From positions 9,920 through 73,919 of the forward strand of contig DIWA01000063.1 of assembly GCA_002422525.1 (NCBI GenBank): DNA of 64,000 nucleotides, in the 5' to 3' direction. The stretch comes from Candidatus Hydrogenedentes bacterium UBA6118. GTDB lineage: Bacteria; Hydrogenedentota; Hydrogenedentia; Hydrogenedentales; SLHB01. Both the position numbers and the translations under genes were made by a program. Below the pieces are notes generated by a model. It saw only the letters and a list, made by a program, of their open reading frames with translations, ran no database searches and had not been told where the DNA came from. Of the stretch, positions 20,282 through 28,994 are shown piece by piece. Position 1 is the stretch's first letter. Each line of letters starts with the position of its first letter.

Positions 20282-22147
20282 CTAGTCTGCGGCGGCCCGA
20301 TCGCCGCCCTGTTTCAGCGGTTCATCCTGATGGGTGACCCGCAACACTTCTTCCAGGGTGGTGACGCCTCGGGTCGCCTTGAGCCAAGCGTCCTCGCGCA
20401 GCGTGTGCATGCCTTCTTTGCGCGCCGCGCGGCGGAGCCGCGCCGAAGAGGCGCCCTGCATGATGAGCGTACGCACAGTGTCCGTCGTCATCATCAGCTC
20501 ATACACGCCCTGCCGCCCCTGATAGCCCGTTCCCGTGCAGTTCTCACAGCCCTTGCCGTAGAACAACTCCACTTCGTCTGGGTTCACAGGGAAACCGAGT
20601 CGCTCGAGCGACTCCTGATCCGGTTGGATAGGCGCCTTGCAGGTGGTGCACAGCGTGCGCACGAGGCGCTGCGCCAGCACCACGCGCACGCCCGAAGCCA
20701 CCAGGAATGGCTTCATGCCGATATCCACCAGGCGGATGAATGCGCTGGGCGCGTCGTTCGTGTGGAGCGTACTGAACACCAAGTGGCCTGTCAGCGCCGC
20801 ACGCACGGCGATCTCCGCCGTCTCCTGGTCACGAATCTCACCGACCATCACGATGTCGGGGTCGACGCGGAAGATGGCGCGGAGCGCACGCGCGAAATCC
20901 CAGCCGATCTCATGCTGGATCTGCACCTGGTTGATGCCGTCCATCATGTACTCGACCGGGTCCTCGATGGTGATCAGCTTGTTCTTGACCGTGTTGAGCT
21001 TGTGAAGCGAAGCGTAGAGGGTGGTCGTCTTGCCCGAACCCGTGGGCCCGGTCACCAGCATCACGCCCGAACCCTGCCCAAGCAGGCCCTCCCACTTCTT
21101 CTGGTCGTCCGGGTTGAACCCGAGCTGCCCCAAACCGAGCGTCAGGCCGCTCTTGTCCAGGATACGCATGACGATCGTCTCGCCGTACACGGAAGGAAGG
21201 CAGCTCACGCGCAGGTCGAGCATCTTGCCGCCGATGGTGATCTTGATACGTCCGTCCTGCGTCACCCGGCGTTCGGCGATGTCCATCCCGGCCATGATCT
21301 TGAGTCGCGAAATGATCGACGGCTGCGCCCGTTTCGGCGGTCGCGGCATCAGATGCAGCACGCCGTCGATCCGGTACCGCACCTTGAGGTCGTACTTCCC
21401 GGGCTCGACGTGAATATCACTCGCGCGCAGCCGGAACGCCTCGGTAATCAGGTTGTGCACATAGCGCACCACCGGACTGTTCGCGTCGTCCCCGTCGTCA
21501 TCGAGGTTGCCGCCCCCGCTCCCTACCGACTCCTCGTCAAAGTCGACGCTGTCTACGCTGATGCTGCTCATGCTGATGTCGCCCGCCGACATGCTCGAGG
21601 CATCCAGCGAACTCACATTGGACATCGTGCTCAGCGTGCTCATCGAGCTGGCGCTGCTCACGGTCGACAGCATGGACTCGACGGTCTGCTCCCCCACACC
21701 GTAGTACCGCTGCAATGCCGATCGGACATCTTCCTCGCTCGCGAGGCTCGGTTCGATCCGCGCATCCAACAGCCGCTCCAGGTTGTCGATGTTGTTGATG
21801 TTCGTGGGGTCCGACATCGCCAACGAGATCGTGTTGCCGTCTTTGCCGAGAGGAATCACACGGTACAACGTCGCAATGTTGGGGTCGACGAGATTTCGGA
21901 CGCGCTCGGGGATCTCGCGCTCCGACAGATTGACCACGGGAATCCCCAACTGATCGGCCAGACCCTCCGTGATGTGGCTCTTGCTGATGTAGCCCATCCG
22001 AACGAGGATCTCGCCGAGCTTCCGGTGGGTCATCGACGATTGCTGCCGATGTATCGCTTCGTCGAGCTGCTGCTGAGAGATGATATTGCGCTCGACGAGC
22101 CGCTGCCCGAAGAGGCTGTAAGTCTGCTGCTGCTGCACGTCTAGCAC
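20282..22147 (-). CDS. pilB: PilB/GspE-family assembly ATPase 1 with MshEN-type N-domain and Ser/Met-rich linker
   Basis: KLGEILVRMGYI; RASDIHVEP; GPTGSGKTTT; FRVDPDIVMVGEIRD; TGHLVFSTLHTND; LCTTC...GCENC. GTG start with AAGGGG RBS. Confidence 0.93.
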   Translation of the reverse strand: MLDVQQQQTYSLFGQRLVERNIISQQQLDEAIHRQQSSMTHRKLGEILVRMGYISKSHITEGLADQLGIPVVNLSEREIPERVRNLVDPNIATLYRVIPLGKDGNTISLAMSDPTNINNIDNLERLLDARIEPSLASEEDVRSALQRYYGVGEQTVESMLSTVSSASSMSTLSTMSNVSSLDASSMSAGDISMSSISVDSVDFDEESVGSGGGNLDDDGDDANSPVVRYVHNLITEAFRLRASDIHVEPGKYDLKVRYRIDGVLHLMPRPPKRAQPSIISRLKIMAGMDIAERRVTQDGRIKITIGGKMLDLRVSCLPSVYGETIVMRILDKSGLTLGLGQLGFNPDDQKKWEGLLGQGSGVMLVTGPTGSGKTTTLYASLHKLNTVKNKLITIEDPVEYMMDGINQVQIQHEIGWDFARALRAIFRVDPDIVMVGEIRDQETAEIAVRAALTGHLVFSTLHTNDAPSAFIRLVDIGMKPFLVASGVRVVLAQRLVRTLCTTCKAPIQPDQESLERLGFPVNPDEVELFYGKGCENCTGTGYQGRQGVYELMMTTDTVRTLIMQGASSARLRRAARKEGMHTLREDAWLKATRGVTTLEEVLRVTHQDEPLKQGGDRAAAD

Positions 22148-22167
22148 CCCTTACGTTGGCCGCCTGA

Positions 22168-22197
22168 ACTGTACCAGAGTCATGGCGGACTTGTCAA
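22168..22197 (-). promoter_or_regulatory. Putative sigma70 promoter of the pilus operon (TTGACA-N18-TACAGT, extended TG)
   Basis: Minus strand reads ttgaca agtccgccatgactctgg tacagt, ending ~20 nt before the GTG at 22147, inside a locally AT-rich patch. Confidence 0.6.
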
Positions 22198-22628
22198 TGT
22201 AAATAGTGCGAGTTAGTATTGATAACACTGCACTTACAGCGGAAATCGTCAACAGATCTCTTGACTCCCAGTCCGCCCCCGCATTCGTCCCCCGGAGCGC
22301 TCGGATGTCCGTCAACTGCATCTGGTTCGGTATTCCGTTTCCGCCCTTGCCCGGCGGCCCGCAGTGTCATATCAAACTGGTTCAGGTCTTCCCGTCGCAC
22401 ACCCCTGAGCGACATCCCCAGCCTCTCGACCCGCACCGTCTACTTCAAATGGTAGCACATCACCGCCCAAGATGGCGGATCCATCTGCGCGCGGCGCCCC
22501 GCCGATCCGTTCGCGTCCACTACCCAAGCTCGCATTCTGTCCGCCTCCCGGCGGGGAAGTCAAGCGAAAGTCGGCGCAAAGACGGGCGAGGCCTCCGAGA
22601 TCCGCGCCGCGTACGCAGGCGAACCATG

Positions 22629-22660
22629 GCGGCGGCGGGGTCGTGGGGCCCCGCCGCCGC
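22629..22660. terminator. Perfect 12-bp GC stem-loop just downstream of the metal-efflux operon
   Basis: gcggcggcgggg-tcgtgggg-ccccgccgccgc, ~20 nt after the stop at 22683. No U-tract, so terminator function is uncertain. Confidence 0.45.
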
Positions 22661-22682
22661 GCGCGTCAGACCCGTCAGTCCG

Positions 22683-23378
22683 TCAGTCCGTCGCGTCCAG
22701 TTTGCTGAGATACTCGGCCGGAGCCGCCTCGATGGCCTCAACGCACGCCGGGCAGCACAGCCGGACGAGCCGTCCCGCAACCACCTTGTCGACGGGTTCG
22801 CCCATCGCGTCGAGCGACTTGCCGCTGACGACACAGACCGTCTGGGGATAATCCGCCTTCTGGTCTTCCACGACGGCATCGTTCAGCTTGGCGATGTACG
22901 ACGCCGGGTCGTCCTCGAACTTGCCGACGCACCCCGCACAGCACAACCGCACGAGCCGGTTCTTGTACACCAGCTCCACCGGGCCGCCCATGGCGTCCAG
23001 ATCGCCGCCGCCGACCACGCACGTCGTCAACGGATAGAGGGGCCGCTGCTGCTCGGCGATGGCCAGGTCCGCCTTCTCGAGAACGCCGGCGGGATCGGCT
23101 CTGAGCTGGGACTCACACCCCGCGCAGCACAGCCGCACCTCCCGACCATCCACCTCCACGACCGCCGGATCGCCCATGGAGCCGAGCTTCTGTCCGGTCA
23201 CGGGGCAGAAGTCGAGCAGGTAGGGATCGCCGTCCCAGGCTTCCGCCTTCTTGGCGCCCTTGTCCGACTTGGCCGAGGCCGTCTCCGACGCTTCTTCAGC
23301 CAGCGCGATCGGCGTCACAGCCAGGAGCGCCAGCGCCAACGTAAGGGCGGCGGTCCGTGTATTCACAATGTGTTGCAT
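22683..23378 (-). CDS. Periplasmic heavy-metal-binding protein with three TRASH/YHS-like repeats
   Basis: GGAGG RBS 8 nt before ATG at 23378; signal peptide (...LLAVTPIALA|EE); three C-x-V-x-G...L-C-C-x-x-C units (CPVTG..LCCAGC, CVVGG..LCCAGC, CVVSG..LCCPAC). Confidence 0.8.
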   Translation of the reverse strand: MQHIVNTRTAALTLALALLAVTPIALAEEASETASAKSDKGAKKAEAWDGDPYLLDFCPVTGQKLGSMGDPAVVEVDGREVRLCCAGCESQLRADPAGVLEKADLAIAEQQRPLYPLTTCVVGGGDLDAMGGPVELVYKNRLVRLCCAGCVGKFEDDPASYIAKLNDAVVEDQKADYPQTVCVVSGKSLDAMGEPVDKVVAGRLVRLCCPACVEAIEAAPAEYLSKLDATD

Positions 23379-23493
23379 GGTGTCTTCCTCCATCGGGTTC
23401 GGGGCATCAGACGCCCCAGGTCGTCCACAGCGACGCGGCCGGCGCACGGCAACAGGCGCGCGCGCTCCCGCGCCGGTATGCCCACGGCCCGCG

Positions 23494-25053
23494 CTACTCG
23501 CGCGCAACCGGTGATGGGTCCGTCTCGTCCTCCGCGGCCTCCCGATCGCGCGGTGCGATCGGCTCGGCCGGATCGGCGGTCTGCGGATCGGAAGCGGCAT
23601 CCTCCGTCCAGGGCCCGCCCATGAGGTACTCCAGACGCGCCGCGGCCAGCCGACGGTCGCGGTCGGCCTCGAATCCCGCCAGCTCGTACGTAAGGATTCG
23701 CTGCACGCTCTCCATCAGATCCACGAACCCAGCCGTACCATGGCCGACGGCGTAGCGCCCCTGCAGGCTCTCGAACGTCTGCCGCGCCTGCGGCAGGAGG
23801 GTCTCCCGGTACAGCGCCCGACGGCGTTCCGCATCGCTGAGCTCGAACATCGCCTCCTGCACGGCGGCGTCGATCTCGAGAGAAGCCTTCCGTTTCTCAT
23901 GCACCACGGCCTTCTCCATCAGCCGCGCCTCGGCGACGCCCGCGCGGATCTTCTTGCGCCAGATGGGCAGATTGACGCTCACCGACAACACGATGTCGTC
24001 CTCCCCGCCGTCGGAGTAGTTCATGGGTTCGAAGGTCGTGGCCAGCCCATAGGCGTTGATCGAAGCCCGGGTCAGGTTGAACGGCGCCGCCCCGGACAGC
24101 ATGCCGCCGAGCCCCTCGAGCGCCATCAGCGATCCGCTCCCGATGCGGTCGGGCAGCATCTCCCTGGGCTTGCTCTTCCCCATGTACTCGAGACCCACCG
24201 TGACGTCCGGAAAGCCCGCCTTCCGGGCGACCTCGGCCTGCTTCCGCCGGCCTTCGGCGAGCCGATCGAACGCCTGCAACGAAGGATTCGCGACGCGCGC
24301 GCGGGCCAGGGCCACCGGCTGCGGCGGCGGCGACGCCTCGGGCGGGCTCGGCGTGTCGGCGGAATCGGGCCCTGTCGCGGCCAGCTCCGGCCACGGGAAC
24401 TCCGGCCCCGGATCGCGCCCGACCGCGGCAAGCAGCCGCCCCGACAGGGCCGGGCGCATGTCGTGCAGCCGTTGGTAGGCGTCCTCGAGCTCCGCTTCCG
24501 CCATCGACACGCGCAGCAGCTCGTCGTCGCCCGCCAGCCCGAGCGCGAGCTTCGAACGCACGATGTCCTCGACGTAGGCCAGCACCTCGGCCTGCGACCG
24601 GGTCGTCTCGATCCGCTGTGCGAGGAAGGCGTACTCGTAGTACGCGCTCTTCACCTCCGCGACGACGCGGTTGCGTGCGTCGAACAAACGGCGCAGCACG
24701 GCGTCGGCCTCGGCCTGCGCCTGTTCGCCGCGCAGACGACGCGTACCGGACCACGGAAAGCGCTGGCTCAGCATCACGCGAAAGCGGTTGATCTCGGACT
24801 GCAGGAACTGCCCGTAGGTGAACATCGGGTCGTCAAGCGCGGTGACTTGCGGGATTCGTTCCAGCGCGGCCAGCCACTCCGCGTGCAGCGCGCGCACACC
24901 GGGGCTGCGCTCGACGGCTTCCGCCAGCAGACGCCCCAGTTCCTCGGTCTCGGCGCTGTACACGGCCCGAGGAAGGTCGGACTCAACGACGTCCATCGTC
25001 GAGACGCCGGCGGCGCCTGAACTCACAAAGACAAGCAGAAGGGGGACGATCAT
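23494..25053 (-). CDS. TolC-family outer-membrane factor of the heavy-metal RND system (CusC/CzcC-like)
   Basis: Signal peptide; LSQRFPWSG, VAEVKSAYYEY, FPDVTVG, SVNLPIWR; ATGA overlap with cusA. Confidence 0.88.
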   Translation of the reverse strand: MIVPLLLVFVSSGAAGVSTMDVVESDLPRAVYSAETEELGRLLAEAVERSPGVRALHAEWLAALERIPQVTALDDPMFTYGQFLQSEINRFRVMLSQRFPWSGTRRLRGEQAQAEADAVLRRLFDARNRVVAEVKSAYYEYAFLAQRIETTRSQAEVLAYVEDIVRSKLALGLAGDDELLRVSMAEAELEDAYQRLHDMRPALSGRLLAAVGRDPGPEFPWPELAATGPDSADTPSPPEASPPPQPVALARARVANPSLQAFDRLAEGRRKQAEVARKAGFPDVTVGLEYMGKSKPREMLPDRIGSGSLMALEGLGGMLSGAAPFNLTRASINAYGLATTFEPMNYSDGGEDDIVLSVSVNLPIWRKKIRAGVAEARLMEKAVVHEKRKASLEIDAAVQEAMFELSDAERRRALYRETLLPQARQTFESLQGRYAVGHGTAGFVDLMESVQRILTYELAGFEADRDRRLAAARLEYLMGGPWTEDAASDPQTADPAEPIAPRDREAAEDETDPSPVARE

Positions 25054-28000
25054 GGGTGGGACTCCCCGCCATCTCGGCGTCCGCGCGGTCTGAGCCGCGG
25101 CGCCTTCAGGGCGATCTCCTGGGCCGTGCAGTAGAGCACCGGCGCCAGGAACAACGTCAGCAGCGCGATGGCCATGCCGCCGAACGACGGGATCGCCATC
25201 GGGATCATCACATCAGACCCGCGCCCCGTCGACGTCAGCACCGGCAGCAGCGCGAGGATGGTCGTGGCGGTCGTCATCAGACACGGCCGGATGCGGCGCA
25301 TCCCCGCTTCCAGCACGGCGGCGCGGATCTCGGTCGTGCTGCGTGTGCGGCGCGCGGCGAACGTCTGGTCGAGGTAGGTCGCCATCACGACGCCGTCGTC
25401 GGTGGCGATCCCGAACAGCGCGAGGAACCCCACCCAAATCGCCACGCTCAGCAGGACCGGTTGCACCCCGAACAAGTCGCGCAGGTTCACGCCCCACACG
25501 TCGAGATCCAGGAACCACGGCTGGCCGTACAGCCACATGAGCAGGAAACCTCCCGACCAGGCGACCGCGATGCCCGTGAACACAATGAACGTCGTGACCA
25601 CGGATCGGAACTGCAGGTAGAGGATCACAAAGATGACGAGCAGCGAGACGGGCAGCACCACCGCCAGCGTCTTCTGCGCGCGCACCTGGTTCTCGTAGTT
25701 CCCGGCGAAGCTGTAGCTCACGCCCGACGGCAACGACCACGCGCCCGTGTCCAGCAGATGCTCGAGGCGGTCGCGGCACGCCTCCACCACATCGACCTCG
25801 GCGTAGCCCGGCTGCTTGTCGAAGGTCACGTAACCGACGAGAAACGTGTCCTCGCTCTTGATCATGTCCGGACCGCGGACGTAGCGAATCTCCGCCACCT
25901 GCGACAAGGGGATCTGCGCGCCGTCGTCCGCGGCGACCAGCACGCGTTCGAGCGATTCGATGTCGTCGCGCAATTCGCGCTGGTACCGCACGCGGACCGG
26001 ATAGCGTTCGCGCCCCTCGATGGTCGTCGTGAGGGTCCGCCCGCCGATCGCCGTCTCGACCACGTCCTGCACGTCGCCGACACGCAGGCCGAACCGGGCG
26101 ATCGCCTCGCGATCGATGTCGATCTCGAGGTACGGCCTGCCGACGATGCGTTCCGCATAGACCGTCGCCGGCTCAACGCCCGGCGTCTCGCGCAGGAACC
26201 CCTCGATCTCCTGCGCCACGCGTTCGATCGTCGCGAGGCTCGGTCCGCGCACCTTCACCCCCATGGGCGCGCGCATGCCGCTCTGGAGCATGACCAGCCG
26301 CGTGGCGATCGGTTGCAGCTTCGGCGCGGACGTCGTGCCGGGGACGGACCCCGCGCGGATGATCTCCTCCCAGATGTCGTCCGGGCTCCGGATCTCATCG
26401 CGCCACTGGCGGAACGGCAGGCCGTTGGCGTCCGGGATCAGATCGCCTGCCGCGTCGCGCGCGAACGCGCCCGCATCGTAGTCGAAGCGAAACCGCACCC
26501 GCCGCCCGTCGGCGTCCGTTCGGTACTCCGGCTTGTATTGGATCACCGTCTCGATCATCGAGATGGGCGCCGGGTCAAGCGCGCTCTCGACGCGCCCTAT
26601 CTTCCCCACGGCCGTGTCCACCTCCGGGATGGCCGCGAACGCCCGGTCCTGCAGTTGCACGACCTCGAGCGCCTCGCCCAACGACGCATGGGGCATCGTG
26701 GTCGGCATATACAGGAAGGACCCTTCGTCGAGCGGCGGCATGAACTCCCGGCCGAACCCAGGGAAGGCCCGCTCCAGCGCGGAGACGAACGGCAGCTTCC
26801 GCACCGGCTCCGGCAGATGCCGCAGCGCGCGTTCCGCTCCGATCCAGGACATCGCCCCCAGCGCCAGCAGCGCGGCCGGCAATGCGACGTAGACGAGTTT
26901 GTGGTCGAGGAACCACCGCAGCAGCCGGGGATAGGCCCAGTAGAATAGCTGGAACCCCCCGAGGAGCCCCCCGGCCAGGAGGGACACGAAGATCAGGTTC
27001 GCCGCGAACCCGCGCCCGGGGCCCAACGGCAGCCACTGACTCGTCAGGACCACGGTAACCGCGATCGCGGCGACGGCCGTCGCCAACCGGGCGCCCGATC
27101 GTCGCACCCACGCGGGCAGGCGGTCCTCCGCAAGGCCGTACGCGCCCATGAGCACGAGGACCAGCCCGAGCTGCCACGTCAGCGCGACCATCGCGCCGAT
27201 CCCCGCAACGGCGAGCGCGGCCCAAGCCGTGCGCCGGACAACGCCGTTCTCGATGCGGCCGGCGAACAGGAACCGGGCCAGCACGGGCAACACGGTGAGG
27301 GCGATCGTCACGCTGGCGAGCAGCGCGAAGGTCTTCGTGAACGCCAACGGCCGGAACATCTTGCCTTCCGGACCGGTCATCGCGAAGACGGGCAGAAAGC
27401 TGACCACGGTGGTCGCGATCGCGGTGAGCACCGCGCCCCCCACCTCGCGCGACGCTTCGTAGACGACCGTCGCGCGGTTCGCCCCCGGCGGCGCATCGTC
27501 GAGGCGTCGCAGGATGTTCTCGCACAGGATGATGCCCATGTCCACCACGGCGCCGATCGCGATCGCGATGCCCGACAGCGCCACGATGTTGGCGTCGATG
27601 CCGCCGAGTCGCATCGCGATAAAGGTGACCAGCACCGCCAACGGCAGCACGGCGCTGATCAGCAGCGCGCTGCGCAGGTGCCCCGTCATCACGATCACCA
27701 CGAGGACCGTGATAAGGATCTGGAGCGAAATCGCGTCGGCCAGCGTGCCGAGGGTCTCCTGAATCAGCGTCGTGCGGTCGTAGTAAGGCGCCACCGTCAC
27801 GCGGCTCGTCGTCGCCCAGTCGGGCCAGGATGCCCGCGGCGTCGCCTGCAACCACGCCAGCCAGCCGTCCTGGTTCAGGGCGCCATCGAGAAATGCTTCG
27901 AACCCTTCATTCCGCGCGAATCGGCTCACTTCCTCGGCATCGACGGCGTCGTAGTCGATCACGGCCTTCACCGGCAGTCCGGGCGACACCTCCGCGATCT

Positions 28001-28994
28001 TCTCTTTGACGTGCTTGATCGTCGCGAGCGGGTTCGCGCCCTCCCGGACCACGACCACCCCGCCGACCGTCTCCGCCCCGGCCTTGTCGAGCGCCCCCCG
28101 TCGTTGCGCCGGCCCCAAGCTCACCGATGCAACGTGGCGCACCAGCACCGGGACGTTGTCTACGTTCTTCACCACGGACTGCGCCAAATCGTCGGCGTCG
28201 CGCACCAAACCGCGCCCGCGGATGACGTATTCGACGCGGTTCACCTCGATCGTCCGCGCCCCGACGTCCACGTTGGATCGACGCACCGCTTCCGTCACGT
28301 CGTTGAGCGTAACGCCGTGCACGCGCAGGGCGTCCGGGTCGACGTCGACCTGGTACTCCTGCACGTAGCCGCCGATCGAAGCGACTTCGCTCACGCCCTC
28401 GGCAGCCGTGAGGGCGTAGCGGACATACCAGTCCTGCACGCTGCGAAGTTCATGCAGGTCCCATCCGCCGACGGGACGCCCGTCCGGATCGCGCCCTTCG
28501 AGCGTGTACCAGAACACCTGGCCCAGCGCCGTGCTGTCGGGGCCCAACGCGGGCGCGACGCCGTCCGGCAGCGTGTCCGCCGGCAGGCTGGCCAGCTTCT
28601 CGAGAATGCGGCTGCGCGACCAGTAGAACTCCGTGTCTTCGTCGAAGATGACGTAGACCGTCGAGAATCCGAACATCGACAGGCTGCGTACGGTCTCCAC
28701 TCCCGGGATGCCCAGCAGGGACACGGTCAACGGATAGGTCACCTGATCCTCGACGTCTTGCGGCGAGCGACCGGGCCATTCGGTGAAGACGATCTGCTGG
28801 TTCTCTCCCAGATTGGGGATGGCGTCGACCGGCACGGGGTCGCGCGGCAGGCCGAACACATCCCAGTCGAACGGCGCGGCCATGAGCCCCCACGCCGTGA
28901 CCAGCGCGAGCGCGATGCACACGATCAGCACGTTGTTCATGCAGAAGCGGATCAGCCTGTCGAGGAGGCCGGGGCGAGTGGAGTCAGTGGTCAT
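25050..28994 (-). CDS. cusA: CusA/CzcA-family heavy-metal efflux RND permease (Cu/Ag type)
   Basis: VDAIPNLGENQQIVFTEWPGRSPQDVEDQVTYPL, LGPDSTALGQV, GIAIAIGAVVD, EFMPPLDEGSFLYMP, ATDDGVVM, RIRPCLMT. Start at MTTDSTRPG (28994). Confidence 0.92.
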   Translation of the reverse strand: MTTDSTRPGLLDRLIRFCMNNVLIVCIALALVTAWGLMAAPFDWDVFGLPRDPVPVDAIPNLGENQQIVFTEWPGRSPQDVEDQVTYPLTVSLLGIPGVETVRSLSMFGFSTVYVIFDEDTEFYWSRSRILEKLASLPADTLPDGVAPALGPDSTALGQVFWYTLEGRDPDGRPVGGWDLHELRSVQDWYVRYALTAAEGVSEVASIGGYVQEYQVDVDPDALRVHGVTLNDVTEAVRRSNVDVGARTIEVNRVEYVIRGRGLVRDADDLAQSVVKNVDNVPVLVRHVASVSLGPAQRRGALDKAGAETVGGVVVVREGANPLATIKHVKEKIAEVSPGLPVKAVIDYDAVDAEEVSRFARNEGFEAFLDGALNQDGWLAWLQATPRASWPDWATTSRVTVAPYYDRTTLIQETLGTLADAISLQILITVLVVIVMTGHLRSALLISAVLPLAVLVTFIAMRLGGIDANIVALSGIAIAIGAVVDMGIILCENILRRLDDAPPGANRATVVYEASREVGGAVLTAIATTVVSFLPVFAMTGPEGKMFRPLAFTKTFALLASVTIALTVLPVLARFLFAGRIENGVVRRTAWAALAVAGIGAMVALTWQLGLVLVLMGAYGLAEDRLPAWVRRSGARLATAVAAIAVTVVLTSQWLPLGPGRGFAANLIFVSLLAGGLLGGFQLFYWAYPRLLRWFLDHKLVYVALPAALLALGAMSWIGAERALRHLPEPVRKLPFVSALERAFPGFGREFMPPLDEGSFLYMPTTMPHASLGEALEVVQLQDRAFAAIPEVDTAVGKIGRVESALDPAPISMIETVIQYKPEYRTDADGRRVRFRFDYDAGAFARDAAGDLIPDANGLPFRQWRDEIRSPDDIWEEIIRAGSVPGTTSAPKLQPIATRLVMLQSGMRAPMGVKVRGPSLATIERVAQEIEGFLRETPGVEPATVYAERIVGRPYLEIDIDREAIARFGLRVGDVQDVVETAIGGRTLTTTIEGRERYPVRVRYQRELRDDIESLERVLVAADDGAQIPLSQVAEIRYVRGPDMIKSEDTFLVGYVTFDKQPGYAEVDVVEACRDRLEHLLDTGAWSLPSGVSYSFAGNYENQVRAQKTLAVVLPVSLLVIFVILYLQFRSVVTTFIVFTGIAVAWSGGFLLMWLYGQPWFLDLDVWGVNLRDLFGVQPVLLSVAIWVGFLALFGIATDDGVVMATYLDQTFAARRTRSTTEIRAAVLEAGMRRIRPCLMTTATTILALLPVLTSTGRGSDVMIPMAIPSFGGMAIALLTLFLAPVLYCTAQEIALKAPRLRPRGRRDGGESHP

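Noticed and set aside
22200-22270. AT-rich patch with a second TTGACG upstream of the pilus promoter
   Set aside because: There is no properly spaced -10 and no clear palindromic operator. It is probably an UP-element-like region only.
22552-22610. GGGAAGTCAAGCGAAAGTCGGCGCAAAGAC, loosely resembling the c-di-GMP-I riboswitch (GNAA loop plus GCAAAG)
   Set aside because: The P2 stem pairs poorly, the GGCAAA element is missing, and it is on the plus strand with no downstream plus-strand gene. An Rfam scan would settle it.
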